From contig OZ024741.1 of assembly GCA_964016885.1 (NCBI GenBank), forward strand, positions 235,352,001 to 235,416,000: a stretch of DNA of 64,000 nt. The letters run 5' to 3'. The DNA is from Eledone cirrhosa (taxonomy: Eukaryota). A program made the translations under genes and the position numbers. The notes under the pieces are model-generated. The model did not search any database and had not been told where the DNA came from. It saw only the letters and a program-made list of their open reading frames with translations. Of the stretch, positions 24,976 through 39,161 are shown in pieces (the first letter of the stretch is position 1; each line of letters opens with the position of its first letter).

Positions 24976-26721
24976 CAAGTAGAAAGAGGTCTGGTTGAGT
25001 AGTTAATTAAAAAACAGGAGTCCAGTCAAGTGAGTTTGATTAGATGTGTTGTATCACTGCTGCAAGTGAGAGGAGGATAACAGTTTTAGCAATGCAAACA
25101 TACATCACTTCAAGTGAAGTGTTATTTTATATATGTGTGTGTGTGTGTAGTAATAGTAGAGAGAAAAAGAGAGAGAATGATGAAATAATAAACAGGTTTA
25201 AAAAAAGAATGTATAAAAATCAAAATATTTCAATCATATACCACTGTTGTTACCATGGGAATTTGAAAGAATTTGTTTTCATTTGAAAGATTCTGAGTTT
25301 GGCGAGAATTAAAAGCCATCAACAGCCATATATATGTATATATTAGCACTTAACTGTTCTTTCCTGTTGAAATTGGTGTTTAAAAAACACACATTATATA
25401 ATCACACAGATAAATAGTAATTTTTACAATTCAGTTCTTGTTTTTAACTTTCAGATTAAGATTAAAAAGATAAGGAATAAATTGTCCTTTTATCTTGGAA
25501 ATATTTTGTAAAATTCACAAAAAAAAGTTTTTATACAGGTTTGTAAAATATAGATTTGATTTATTTATGTATATTTTTTTAACTTCTTTGTGGTGGGGAG
25601 GTCTTTTTACTTTAAAAATTCAAATGCAAAATATTTCTTCCTGAAACAAATATGTATGTGTATGTATATGTGTGTATGTGTATGTATATATGTAATATAT
25701 GTGTGTGTATGAAGAATAGGGTTGGAGAAGGAATTTACTTCGAAAGTAGCAGAAAGAATGTTTGGATCTTGTAATCAAGAATGCAATTTTTTAAAAACTT
25801 TTTTTTAGCAAAATTGGTGGCAAAAAACCACCCAAAAACTAATTAAAAACCAAATCAATCAATCCGTTAGTGTTAATTGGTTAAGTATTGAGAAAAATAA
25901 ATAAAGAGAAAAATAGAATTGATGAATGTTACTGTTATTTTGTGGTTGTTATTTCCCTGAATTATTTAAATTGATATTTGTTGTTGTTTTGGTGTTTCTT
26001 CAATAGAAACAAGCAATGTCAAAATGGCCAACTATGTGTGAAGAAGATGTCCACTCAAAACTCCATATATCTCAGTTGGTTATTATATGGAAGGAACAGA
26101 TAGTGAAGTTGTTTGTCTGTCCAAAATGTTTGGGCCAACAGGCTGAGCTGTGTGTGAGGTTGTGTAAAATCCAGTGAGTTATGGCTATGGCACATCAAAC
26201 CACCATCACATTGTCATATAGCAACAACCATAGACGATGTGGGGTAGCATAACTGTTTTCCTCTTTTAAGAAGAAAAAAAAAAAAAAGAAACCTCGAACT
26301 TCTCTGAAGAAAGACCTGAAAAAAAAAAAAATTATAATGAATAACAATATCAATAATAATAGTAATTAATAGTAATTAATATATTATTGGTGAATACAAA
26401 AAAAATACAAAATCATAAATATGCTCAAACAATATATAGATATGAATATTTTGTACCACCACATCATCATTATTATGCTTGCCTTTTATTCTGTGCGTGT
26501 TTGGACTGCCAGGATAGTCACTGAGATGCTGAAGACATCTGGTGAAGCGGCACAAGTTTGCCGAGATAATCAATCAGGTAGTAAATGATGGTATCATAGC
26601 CAACCAAGCTGGCAGGGCAGTGTAAACATTAAAGAGAAAAGGTGGTGATCTAAGAAAGAGCAACTATAGAGGTAAAAAACTGATGAATCAAGTTATAAAA
26701 GTAGCAAGAGGAGTTTTAGCA

Positions 26722-29700
26722 CAACTGATTTGGAGCAACTACATAAGCATGTAATTAGATAAAATACAGTTTAGTTTTGTCCAGGAAGGAACACCACTGG
26801 TGCCCAACTGATTTGGAGCAACTACATAAGCATGTAATTAGATAAGATGCAGATAGTTTTGTCCAGGAAGGAACACCACTGGTGCCCAACTGATTTGGAG
26901 AAACTACATAAGTATGTAATTAGATAAGATACAGTTTAGTTTTGTCCAGGAAGGAACACCACTGGTGCCCAACTGATTTGGAGCAACTACATAAGCATGT
27001 AATTAGATAAGATACAGTTTAGTTTTGTCCAGGAAGGAACACCACTGGTGCCCAACTGATTCGAAGCAACTACGTAAGCATGTAATTAAATAAGATACAG
27101 TTTAGTTTTGTCCAGGAAGGAACACCACTGGTGCCCAACTGATTCGGAGCAACTACATAAGCATGTAATTAGATAAGATACAGTTTAGTTTTGTCCAGGA
27201 AGGAACACCAGTGGTGGCCAACTGATTCGGAGCAACTACATAAGCATGTAATTAGATAAAATACAGTTTAGTTTTGTCCAGGAAGGAACATCACTGGTGC
27301 CCAACTGATTTGGAGCAACTACATAAGCATGTAATTAGATAAGATAGTTTAGTTTTGTCCAGGAAGGAACATCACTGGTGGCCAACTGATTCGGAGCAAC
27401 TACATAAGCATGTAATTAGATAAAATACAGTTTAGTTTTGTCCAGGAAGGAACATCACTGGTGCCCAACTGATTCGGAGCAACTACATAAGCATGTAATT
27501 AGATAAGATAGTTTAGTTTTGTCCAGGAAGGAACATCACTGGTGGCCAACTGATTCGGAGCAACTACATAAGCATGTAATTAGATAAAATACAGTTTAGT
27601 TTTGTCCAGGAAGGAACATCACTGGTGCCCAACTGATTTGGAGCAACTACATAAGCATGTAATTAGATAAGATAGTTTAGTTTTGTCCAGGAAGGAACAT
27701 CACTGGTGGCCAACTGATTCGGAGCAACTACATAAGCATGTAATTAGATAAAATACAGTTTAGTTTTGTCCAGGAAGGAACATCACTGGTGCCCAACTGA
27801 TTTGGAGCAACTACATAAGCATGTAATTAGATAAGATAGTTTAGTTTTGTCCAGGAAGGAACATCACTGGTGGCCAACTGATTCGGAGCAACTACATAAG
27901 CATGTAATTAGATAAAATACAGTTTAGTTTTGTCCAGGAAGGAACATCACTGGTGCCCAACTGATTCGGAGCAACTACATAAGCATGTAATTAGATAAGA
28001 TAGTTTAGTTTTGTCCAGGAAGGAACACCAGTGGTGGCCAACTGATTCGGAGCAACTACATAAGCATGTAATTAGATAAAATACAGTTTAGTTTTGTCCA
28101 GGAAGGAACACCACTGGTGCCCAACTGATTCGGAGCAACTACATAAGCATGTAATTAGATAAAATACAGTTTAGTTTTGTCCAGGAAGGAACATCACTGG
28201 TGGCCAACTGATTCGGAGCAACTACATAAGCATGTAATTAGATAAAATACAGTTTAGTTTTGTCCAGGAAGGAACACCACTGGTGCCCAACTGATTCGGA
28301 GCAACTACATAAGCATGTAATTAGATAAGATACAGTTTAGTTTTGTCCAGGAAGGAACACCACTGGTGCCCAACTGATTCGGAGCAACTACATAAGCATG
28401 TAATTAGATAAAATACAGTTTAGTTTTGTCCAGGAAGGAACACCACTGGTGCCCAACTGATTCGGAGCAACTACATAAGCATGTAATTAGATAAAATACA
28501 GTTTAGTTTTGTCCAGGAAGGAACACCACTGGTACCCAACTGATTCGGAGCAACTACATAAGCATGTAATTAGATAAAATACAGTTTAGTTTTGTCCAGG
28601 AAGGAACACCACTGGTGCCCAACTGATTCGTAGCAACTACATAAGCATGTAATTAGATAAAATACAGTTTAGTTTTGTCCAGGAAGGAACACCACTGGTA
28701 CCCAACTGATTCGGAGCAACTACATAAGCATGTAATTAGATAAAATACAGTTTAGTTTTGTCCAGGAAGGAACACCACTGGTACCCAACTGATTCGGAGC
28801 AACTACATAAGCATGTAATTAGATAAAATACAGTTTAGTTTTGTCCAGGAAGGAACACCACTGGTGCCCAACTGATTCGGAGCAACTACATAAGCATGTA
28901 ATTAGATAAAATACAGTTTAGTTTTGTCCAGGAAGGAACACCACTGGTGCCCAACTGATTCGGAGCAACTACATAAGCATGTAATTAGATAAAATACAGT
29001 TTAGTTTTGTCGAGGAAGGAACACCACTGGGGCCCAACTGATTTGGAGCAACTACATAAGCATGTAATTAGATAAGATAGTTTAGTTTTGTCCAGGAAGG
29101 AACATCACTGGCGGCCAACTGATTTGGAGCAACTACATAAGCATGTAATTAGATAAGATAGTTTAGTTTTGTCCAGGAAGGAACATCACTGGTGGCCAAC
29201 TGATTTGGAGCAACTACATAAGCATGTAATTAGATAAAATAAAGTTTAGTTTTGTCCAGGAAGGAACACCACTGGTGGGCAACTGATTCGGAGCAACTAC
29301 ATGAGCATGTAATTAGATAAAATACAGTTTAGTTTTGTCCAGGAAGGAACACCACTGGTGCCCAACTGATTTGGAGCAACTACATAAGAATGTAATTAGA
29401 TAAGATACAGTTTAGTTTTGTCCAGGAAGGAACACCACTGGTGCCCAACTGATTTGGAGCAACTACATAAGCATGTAATTAGATAAAATAAAGTTTAGTT
29501 TGGTCCAGGAAGGAACACCACTGGTGCCCAACTGATTCGGAGCAACTACATAAGCATGTAATTAGATAAGATAGTTTAGTTTTGTCCAGGAAGGAACATC
29601 ACTGGTGCCCAACTGATTTGGAGCAACTACATAAGCATGTAATTAGATAAAATACAGTTTAGTTTTGTCCAGGAAGGAACACCACTGGTGCCCAACTGAT

Positions 29701-32175
29701 TCAAAGCAACTACATAAGCATGTAATTAGATAAAATAAAGTTTAGTTTGGTCCAGGAAGGAACACCACTGGTGCCCAACTGATTCGGAGCAACTACATAA
29801 GCATGTAATTAGATAAGATAGTTTAGTTTTGTCCAGGAAGGAACATCACTGGTGCCCAACTGATTTGGAGCAACTACATAAGCATGTAATTAGATAAAAT
29901 ACAGTTTAGTTTTGTCCAGGAAGGAACACCACTGGTGCCCAACTGATTCGGAGCAACTACATAAGCATGTAATTAGATAAAATACAGTTTGGTTCTGTCC
30001 AGGAAGGAACACCACTGGTGCCCAACTGATTCGGAGCAACTACATAAGCATGTAATTAGATAAGATACAGTTTAGTTTTGTCCAGGAAGGAACACCACTG
30101 GTGCCCAACTGATTCGGAGCAACTACATAAGCATGTAATTAGATAAGATAGTTTAGTTTTGTCCAGGAAGGAACACCACTGGTGGGCAACTGATTCGGAG
30201 CAACTACATAACCATGTAATTAGATAAAATACAGTTTAGTTTTGTCCAGGAAGGAACACCACTGGTGGCCAACTGATTCGGAGCAACTACATAAGCATGT
30301 AATTAGATAAAATACAGTTTAGTTTTGTCCAGGAAGGAACACCACTGGTGCCCAACTGATTCGGAGCAACTACATAAGCATGTAATTAGATAAAATACAG
30401 TTTAGTTTTGTCCAGGAAGGAACATCACTGGTGCCCAACTGATTCGGAGCAACTACATAAGCATGTAATTAGATAAGATACAGTTTAGTTTTGTCCAGGA
30501 AGGAACACCACTGGTGCCCAACTGATTCGGAGCAACTACATAAGCATGTAATTAGATAAGATACAGTTTAGTTTTGTCCAGGAAGGAACACCACTGGTGC
30601 CCAACTGATTCGGAGCAACTACATAAGCATGTAATTAGATAAGATAGTTTAGTTTTGTCCAGGAAGGAACACCACTGGTGGGCAACTGATTCGGAGCAAC
30701 TACATAAGCATGTAATTAGATAAAATACAGTTTAGTTTTGTCCAGGAAGGAACACCACTGGTGGCCAACTGATTCGGAGCAACTACATAAGCATGTAATT
30801 AGATAAAATACAGTTTAGTTTTGTCCAGGAAGGAACACCACTGGTGCCCAACTGATTCGGAGCAACTACATAAGCATGTAATTAGATAAAATACAGTTTA
30901 GTTTTGTCCAGGAAGGAACATCACTGGTGCCCAACTGATTCGGAGCAACTACATAAGCATGTAATTAGATAAGATACAGTTTAGTTTTGTCCAGGAAGGA
31001 ACACCACTGGTGCCCAACTGATTCGGAGCAACTACATAAGCATGTAATTAGATAAGATACAGTTTAGTTTTGTCCAGGAAGGAACACCACTGGTGCCCAA
31101 CTGATTCGGAGCAACTACATAAGCATGTAATTAGATAAGATAGTTTAGTTTTGTCCAGGAAGGAACACCACTGGTGGGCAACTGATTCGGAGCCACTACA
31201 TAAGCATGTAATTAGATAAAATACAGTTTAGTTTTGTCCAGGAAGGAACACCACTGGTGCCCAACTGATTCGGAGCAACTACATAAGCATGTAATTAGAT
31301 AAAATACAGTTTAGTTTTGTCCAGGAAGGAACATCACTGGTGCCCAACTGATTCGGAGCAACTACATAAGCATGTAATTAGATAAGATACAGTTTAGTTT
31401 TGTCCAGGAAGGAACACCACTGGTGCCCAACTGATTCGGAGCAACTACATAAGCATGTAATTAGATAAAATACAGTTTAGTTTTGTCCAGGAAGGAACAC
31501 CACTGGTGCCCAACTGATTCGGAGCAACTACATAAGCATGTAATTAGATAAGATACAGTTTAGTTTTGTCCAGGAAGGAACACCACTGGTGCCCAACTGA
31601 TTTGGAGCAACTACATAAGCATGTAATTAGATAAGATACAGTTTAGTTTTGTCCAGGAAGTAACACCACTGGTGCCTAACTGATTTGGAGCAACTACATA
31701 AGCATGTAATTATATAAGATACAGTTTAGTTTTGTCCAGGAAGGGACACCACTGGTGCCCAACTGATTTGGAGCAACTACATAAGCATGTAATTAGATAA
31801 GATACAGTTTAGTTTTGTCCAGGAAGGAACACCACTGGTGCCCAACTGATTTGGAGCAACTACATAAGCATGTAATTAGATAAGATACAGTTTAGTTTTA
31901 TCCAGGAAGGAACACCACTGGTGCCCAGCTGATTCGGACCAACTACATAAGCATGTAATTAGATAAGATACAGTTTAGTTTTGTCCAGGAAGGAACACCA
32001 CTGGTGCCCAACTGATTCGGAGCAACTACATAAGGATGTAATTAGATAAGATACAGTTTAGTTTTGTCCAGGAAGGAACACCACTGGTGCCCAGCTGATT
32101 CGGACCAACTACATAAGCATGTAATTAGATAAAATACAGTTTAGTTTTGTCCAGGAAGGAACACCACTGGTGCCC
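26722..32175. repeat. 83-bp (81-bp variant) tandem satellite, about 66 copies
   Basis: Unit CAACTGATTYGGAGCAACTACATAAGCATGTAATTAGATAARATACAGTTTAGTTTTGTCCAGGAAGGAACAYCACTGGTGCC; first period 26722 to 26805. Confidence 0.98.
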
Positions 32176-33007
32176 TCACTAAGAATAGTGAAACAACTAT
32201 AAGAGAAATTCCGATCTAAATGTAAGCCACTATATCTAGCTTTCACTGATCTGGAGAAGGCCTATAGATTAGATTACCCCTTCCTGTTGTTTGATCCTTA
32301 AAAAAAAGTAGGTGAACATGAGTGGTTTGTGAAAGCAGTGCAAGCTATGTACAGAAATGATGTCAGTAAAGAAAAGTAGGTAATGAGTTTAGTGAGGAAT
32401 TCAATGTGTAGGTAAGTGTTTATCACAGCTCAGTGTTCAGTCGACTCTTGTTTATTATAATTCTCCAGGCCATTAACAGAGGCGTTTAAGATCAGTTGTT
32501 CATGGGAAATCTTATATGCTAATGACCTAGTACATATAGCAAGAATCTGAGGAAGATTTAGAGAAATACCAGATGTGAAAACAAAACCTGGAATTGAAAG
32601 GGCTTGAGTAAACTCAATTTATAGAAAAGGGAGTAAATAGAAAGTACATACAGTGTAAACTTTGCGTGTACAAGAAATGCACCAGAACTACAGGCAGGCA
32701 AAAAAAGAAAGATTTTTTTGTGTGGCATATGCACAGGGCAATCAATAGGAAGAGCATCAGTAAAATAAACTCTTTCCAGCCTAAGGAAAATTCCACATTA
32801 GTTGATAGTTTTTGTTACTTATTCTCAGGTCTTGAATAGTCCCTCCCCGCTTATTAATTTTTCAGACCCCCCCCCCCACCCACACACACACATATACACA
32901 CACTTTTATTCTGAAAGATTAACAGCCAGAATAAGAACAGAGTGGAAAAGGTTCAAGGAGCAACTACTGCTGGTAACAAAGGCGTTTTCTCTCCAACTAA
33001 AGCTTAA

Positions 33008-33228
33008 CCCTTTAGCATTTAAACCAGCCATATCTGGCCAGAATTCTCTCACCTCTCTCTGTTCAAACTGGCCATCACTAACCACTCATACTGATGTTAA
33101 GTTATTTTTCTCAAAATAAATAATATCAAAATCTCATAGCTTTTATAATATGTGAGATAATTATATGAGGTAAAGTGTTTACCATGAAAATATAATAGTA
33201 TATATAGAGTAATGTAAATGCTAAAGGG
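33008..33228. mobile_element. piggyBac-type MITE
   Basis: TTAA on both sides (33004-33007, 33229-33232); 14-bp TIR CCCTTTAGCATTTA/TAAATGCTAAAGGG; interrupts the old RTE. Confidence 0.88.
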
Positions 33229-33602
33229 TTAAATTACATAATGCCTGTGTACGAAGTACAATATGTGTGTGAGAGTATATAAGTATGTATAAGACAGGCC
33301 ACGAGTGAGGTTGCCATATCCTTGACTCAAATAAAGATTTATTAAACCCTTTGTTTGGCATGATTTCTAAATGCTTTTCTTAACACAAATCACCTTATAG
33401 TGTACAGAGTGTACATGGCATCAGCACTAGTGAGGTTGCCTTTTAATTTTAAAGACTAAAGTGTATTCATTAGTTATGGTATAAAAGAGGTTTAAAAAGG
33501 TTGCCATCGGGAAGGGCATCCAGCCATAAAACTCTGCCTCAAAAATTCCCTTCCCACACTCACAACAGTATGGAAAAGAGGGTATAAATATAATGACAAG
33601 AA

Positions 33603-33881
33603 CAGTGGTTCCCAAATGTTCCATTACCAAGGACCCCCTTTTATTTAAATGAAATTTCCCATGCCCCCCCCCCCCCAAAAAAAAAACACACACAACAATT
33701 ACCCCCTCCCAAGTTATATGGTGAAATATCAATTGAAAAAGTGGCATGTTTATACTAAGAGAAAAGTGAATACTCAATGGTGTATTATGTGTTTAAACAA
33801 ATTTTTAACTTATCTCACTGACTTCCCAGTCCCACCACTATCTCAGTACCACCTTTACAAATCCCAGGGTGGCAACTGCTG
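33603..33881. mobile_element. Possible hAT-type MITE remnant
   Basis: Starts CAGTGGTTCCCAAA; right end GGCAACTGCTG is degenerate; no clear TSD. Confidence 0.35.
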
Positions 33882-35607
33882 GTACAGAGGGACTGAATGA
33901 GGGAGGAGACAGGGATGGAGTAACAGCCTATGGGCAAGGGTTGCAATGGAGGGAGGGTGAAAGTAGGAATAACAATACAACAAAAACAACAATAATAACA
34001 AAAGTAAAGGAGTGAAAGGAAACTATAGGTAATCATCATCATCAACATCAACATCATCCTCATCAACATTTAAAGTCGTTCTTCCTACTATCAAGATTGG
34101 ATGGGTGAGTGAAGTCAACAAAGTTTGTAAATATGGTCAGAGACTTCCTGCTGTGACCATCCTGTCAGACATAATGTATCAATGTCGCTTACCCATAGAA
34201 ATACATTATACAATGTATCCTTCTTTCAGATAAGAATGTGAGCTTGTTACTATTTCTAGCAATTCAGGCAATCACTTCTTTGCCTTGTTATGTCATGGAG
34301 GAAACATGATTCTAACGTTAAGGGCTGGGCCCTGCTTTGAAGGGAAAACAAATGAAAACCAAAGAGATGTGACTAGAGGATATATTACTATTAGTTATTA
34401 ACAACAGCAGCAATAGCAACAAACACCACTGTAATAACAACATGAGCAGCAGCAATATCAGCTGTAACAACAGCAGTAGAAACAACAGCTGTACCAGAAC
34501 AACAGTAGCAGCAATAATAACAATAACAACAACAGCAATAACATCAATAACAACAACAGTAATAGAGTAACACCAACATAGATCAATTGTAGGAGAGTGA
34601 GTCAGAGATGTTACACATGTTGCTGACATTTCAACACCATCAAGCACACATACACACACACATATATACACCCACACATATATATATATACAAACACATA
34701 CCTATATACACACATATATACCCAAGTTCACACATACATATATACAAACACACAGATACAAACACATATAGACACATAACAGATACATACACACATACAT
34801 ATATACATATCTGTTTAAAATACCTCACTCACATATACATTCTGTACATACATATACACACACACACACATATATATACATATACACAAACACACACACA
34901 CATATATATACATATACACAAACACACACATATATATACATATACACAAACACACACACACACATATATATACATATACACAAACACACATATATATATA
35001 TATATATACATACATACATACACACACAAAGTAGCAGATGTGAGTAGGAAGCTGAAATATGAGAGGTGGGGGAAAGGGGCTAGGGGAAATATGATGGTGG
35101 TGGGTAGTAGTGTGTATGGTAACATCACCACATACACCACACTACTACCACTACTACTAATAATATTGGTAGTAATAGTATTATTGAAGTAAGGTCATAG
35201 TTGGTAGTTACTAGTAGTAGTAGTAGTAGTAGTAGTGATGGTGGTATTAATAGCAGTTGTGGCAGTAGTAGTATAAGTAGCAATGGTGGTGGTGGTAACA
35301 GTAGTGGTGATGGTAGAGAAATCATAAAATAGCCACAAGACCCAGGATTTGGAAGGCGGCAGCAGTGTGTGGTCTATTATATTACCTCAACTCCAGTACA
35401 TTACTGCTACTTTTATTTTATTACTCTTGGAAAATTGAAGGCCTAAGCTGGCCTCAGCAGCATTTGAACTCAGAGAGATATAATTAAATACAATATTTCA
35501 TTTGATGTTCTACTGAATGTGTGATCCAATCAACCACTCTCTCTCTCTCATCTAAGCACCTGAAAATTAGGTCACAAATTTGATCCCTCTTTCAATCAAG
35601 AGATATG

Positions 35608-35726
35608 GTCAATAATAAAAACACACGCACTATTTGATTTTCACTTCAGCTTTATTATTAGTTGTTAGTTTGACAATCTAACTAATAACAGCTGAAATGA
35701 AAATCAAATAGTGTGTTTTTATTGAC
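35608..35726. repeat. Short palindromic (MITE-like) element
   Basis: AATAAAAACACAC..CACTATTTGATTTTCACTTCAGCT versus AGCTGAAATGAAAATCAAATAGTGTGTTTTTATT. Confidence 0.7.
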
Positions 35727-35734
35727 AAAATCTC

Positions 35735-36228
35735 ATACTGTTGACAACAAAAGACTTCTCCCTACATACAAAAGGATAGCTATATGATGCCTGCGTGCGA
35801 AGTGTGCTGTTGCATGGTAATGAAACATGGGCTGTGAGTGCAGAGGACATGCATAGGATGGAGAGAAATGAAGCAATCATGCTTCGTTGAATGTACAATG
35901 TAAGTGTGAGAGAAAAGCAGAGCTTGGATGAACTGAGGGAGAAACTGTGTTTAAAAGGAATCCGAAGCAGTGTGCAAGAGAGAGAGAAGATTGTATTGGT
36001 ACAGACATGTGATACACGTGGCTAATGGTCGCTGGGTGAAGGAAATCCCAGTGGAAGGAAGCCTCAGTAAAGGTAAACCAAGGAAGACCTTGGTGGAGGT
36101 GGTGAGAGCTGATCTCAAATCGCTGAGACTCACAAGGGAGATGACAAAGGAACACAAGTGGAGAGATGTTGAGCTGAAAAAGACCCATCCAACCCATGCA
36201 AGCATGGAAAAATGGATGTGATGATGAT
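35735..36228 (+). mobile_element. Decayed RTE LINE 3' end (family 3-like)
   Basis: LYDACVRS.LLHG.ETWA and RL.WY.HV...GKPRKT; ends ACCCATGCAAGCATGGAAAAATGGATG(TGA)n. Confidence 0.85.
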
Positions 36229-36388
36229 ATGACCATCATTTTTAGGTTGACTTTTCCATGGTGGCATGGGCTGGATGGAACTTTTTGAGGCAAAGTTTTT
36301 CAACCCTTTTAGTTACTTCTTAGGACACACAAGGATATGTGGCATCGATTCTAAACTGGATACACATGGTTTCTCTCTCTCCACATAT

Positions 36389-37306
36389 ATCATCATCATC
36401 ATCATCACCGTTTTACGTCCGTTCTTCCAAGCTAGCATGGGTTAGACGGGTTGTCCTGTTGTGTGCAGTGTCTGGTCGGCTGACCTTGTCTTGCTCATAC
36501 AGGAACTGATCTGGCTTGATTTCTACAGCTGGATGCCCTTCCTAACACCAACCTCATTTACAGTGAGTGCTGGGTGCTTTTTCGTGGCGCCTACACGTCC
36601 ACTTTACAGTGTGGGCTGGGTGCTTTTTTGCCGTGGCACCTCCACGACCACCTTGCGGTGGGGGGGGTGGGGGCATATTGTTTATATGCTTCAGCATGTA
36701 CCCATGGGAGGTCGGGTACCCTGTATTACTGCGTGACGCCAGAATTCACGGTCGTGTGTCATTGTCTTTGAGAGGTGTAATTGGGTAAGGTCGGCTTTTA
36801 TCACCTCATCCCAGGTCATCTTGGGTCTCCCCACTCCGCGGTTTCCATCAACTTCTAGTGCTCTGCACCTTTTTATGCAGCTGTCATCCTTCATACTCAT
36901 CACATGTCCATACCAGCGCAACCGCCTCTCCTGCACACAGCATTTGATTCCTCTTATGCTCAGTCTCTCTCTCAATTCATTTATGCTTTGTCGTTCATGT
37001 ATATTACTGTTACACATCCATCGGAGCATGCAGGCATCGTTTCTCTCTAATCTACGTAAGTCTTCCACCTTCAGCGCCCAGGTCTCACTACCATGCAACA
37101 TCGCTGTTCGGATACACGCATCATACAGTCTGCCTTTCATTCTGAGGGAGAAGCCTTTTGCAGCTAGCAGTGGTAGTAGTTCCCTAAACTTCTTCCATCC
37201 CGTTCTTACCCTAGTTATTGTACTTTCTGAACACCCACCTCCGTTGCTAATTCGGTCACCTAGGTAGCAGAAGCTGTCTACTGTTTCTACAGGGCCCTCC
37301 CATATA
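36389..37306 (-). mobile_element. RTE LINE family 2, 5'-truncated
   Basis: ORF 36691-37314: VDSFCYLGD...RLRWYGHV...GRPKMTW; 3'UTR and (ATC)n tail. Confidence 0.93.
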
Positions 37307-37829
37307 CAGTGCATTAAGTATACAATTCATTTATATCTATGCATTTACACTGAGTAAACATGTATATAAATACACACATTGAGTATACAGACACAAACAT
37401 CTCTAATATAAATTGAAAACACTGATGACTATCCTTAATCCAATTTTGACCATTGTTGTGGTCTCATCAGAGAAATATAGAAATTTAACATGTTTACATG
37501 CCTATATACTCAATGTGTATATTTATATACATGTTTACCTTGTCTCAGGTACCTCTATACTGTATATGTACAGATATAAATGTTTTGTATACTTTGGCTT
37601 CTTTGTGCACAATTTAATACATATTAAAATTAACTGCCAACATAAACACTAATAAACTAATAAACTGGGGTATTTTTAAGGATCAGTGTTCTAGTGTCTG
37701 AATTCATGAAATTTAGTTGATGAGAGGTATATAACTTTTTCAGAGTTCCACGTGACACATACATAAATTATTCATATACTTTGAGCAATGCAGCTGTTAA
37801 GTATGCACACACACATACATAAACACAGA

Positions 37830-38172
37830 GAACCATTGATGACCACACCCACCAAAGACCATCTAAATGCCCAAACTGGACAACCTGCTTCCTATTCAAG
37901 AGAGGTAACATGCGATATGACATTTTTCCTGCCGCCAACTTTGTTGTTTCAGCCACAAACCAGCACACTGCCACCCGTAACACAGAGGAAAAGGAGATAG
38001 CCAAGTACAGGGACTTGACTAACCATTGCCTTTTTGTGTCAGTTGCCCTCAAGACTTCTAGAGACCTCAAACCCAAACTGCTGTTTTCCTCTGCAAAATT
38101 GGGACAAGGGTAGGTATCCTACCTGATGCAGCAGGTATCGCCGGTTGTTCTCCACTGCAATGCCTTCATCAT
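37830..38172 (+). mobile_element. Decayed CRE-clade non-LTR element, restriction-like endonuclease end
   Basis: TEEKEIAKYRDLTNHCLFVSVALKTS resembles the CRE AE..K..KY..L...F.PVA.ET.G motif; ends near a H(C)NA equivalent of RGNA. Confidence 0.55.
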
Positions 38173-38214
38173 TTTATTAGTAGAGAGCACCTGAGATATG
38201 CACCAGTCTGGCAG

Positions 38215-38455
38215 ATAAAGTCTGTAAGGTTGTAAATTCAATTCCTCGCAGTGCTTCATTTCCTTGAGTAAGACACTTTATTTCACATTGCCCCAGTTCA
38301 CTCAGCTGACAAAAATGAGTTTTACCTGTAATTAACAAAGGGCCAACTATGTCCCTGAGAATTACATTAAAGGTACACATATCTGTGGAATGTTCAACCA
38401 CTTGTATGTTAATTTCAAGCTCTTCCATTGTTTGATCACTTGTCATAACTCACAG
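38215..38455 (-). mobile_element. Old CORE-like SINE
   Basis: TTTCCTTGAGTAAGACACTTTATTTCACATTGCCCCAGTTCACTCAGCTG reads in the family A sense on plus; the minus call is uncertain and the orientation is likely plus. Confidence 0.4.
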
Positions 38456-39161
38456 AAGCCCAACACACATCTAGGATCACACTAACCAATGTTCTCCTAT
38501 TAAGACAACGTGGTATTCTTTCAAAGATATCTGGCTGTTATATTTAGCAGATCCAGCAGCAGACACTGAGAGCATTTCTTGTTGGTTAGTTGGCGTGGTA
38601 GTAGTTAGAGATACCATATACACCTCAATGCGCCCTCCCACCCACAAACTAACAGGTTGAAATCATAAAATATTAACAATGACGACTTTGTGCTATGGTG
38701 TGTTTTGTCCCTTTGACTTCCATATACACACACAGAGGCACACAAACAAAGAAAAACATACATGCACATACAAATATATATGCATGCACACAGAGATACA
38801 GATATAAATACATACACAAAACAAAAAACATAAAATATTCATAAAAACACACACATTCAGGCAGAGATGAGTGAGGGATATATATGTTTATATATATATA
38901 TATATATAATATACATACATACAGAGAGAGAGAGAGAGAGAGAGCTTTACCCTCATCAGACTCAGCCTCTCAAACAAGGTACATTACTCTGACTGTGTCT
39001 TAGTCCCCTCCTCCCACTGAGATGAATATTAGTCAATACTACCAGAATACTGAAACTTCTGTCAGAGATAGTGCTTAATCTGTTCATTATACTATTTCTA
39101 ATAAAATATTGAAAATAATTTTAAAAAAATTGAAGGGATTATATATATATATATATACATA

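Larger units (their letters stand above)
26500..33262 (+). mobile_element. Old decayed RTE LINE split by the 83-bp array and a MITE
   Basis: Left flank encodes EMLK.SG and SNYRG.KL..QV.KV remnants; right flank KPLYLAF.DLEKA, EW.VKAVQAMY, WEILYA.DL, ARIRT.WK.F.E; collinear with 9196-10266. Confidence 0.88.

Noticed and set aside
26722-32175. CRISPR array
   Set aside because: Units are contiguous with no unique spacers, no cas genes, eukaryotic context.
34318-35325. His/Thr/Tyr/Ile-rich and Val/Cys-rich ORFs (also 21159-21532, 22271-22524, 49975-50332)
   Set aside because: Translations of (CA)n/(TA)n/(TAG)n microsatellites.
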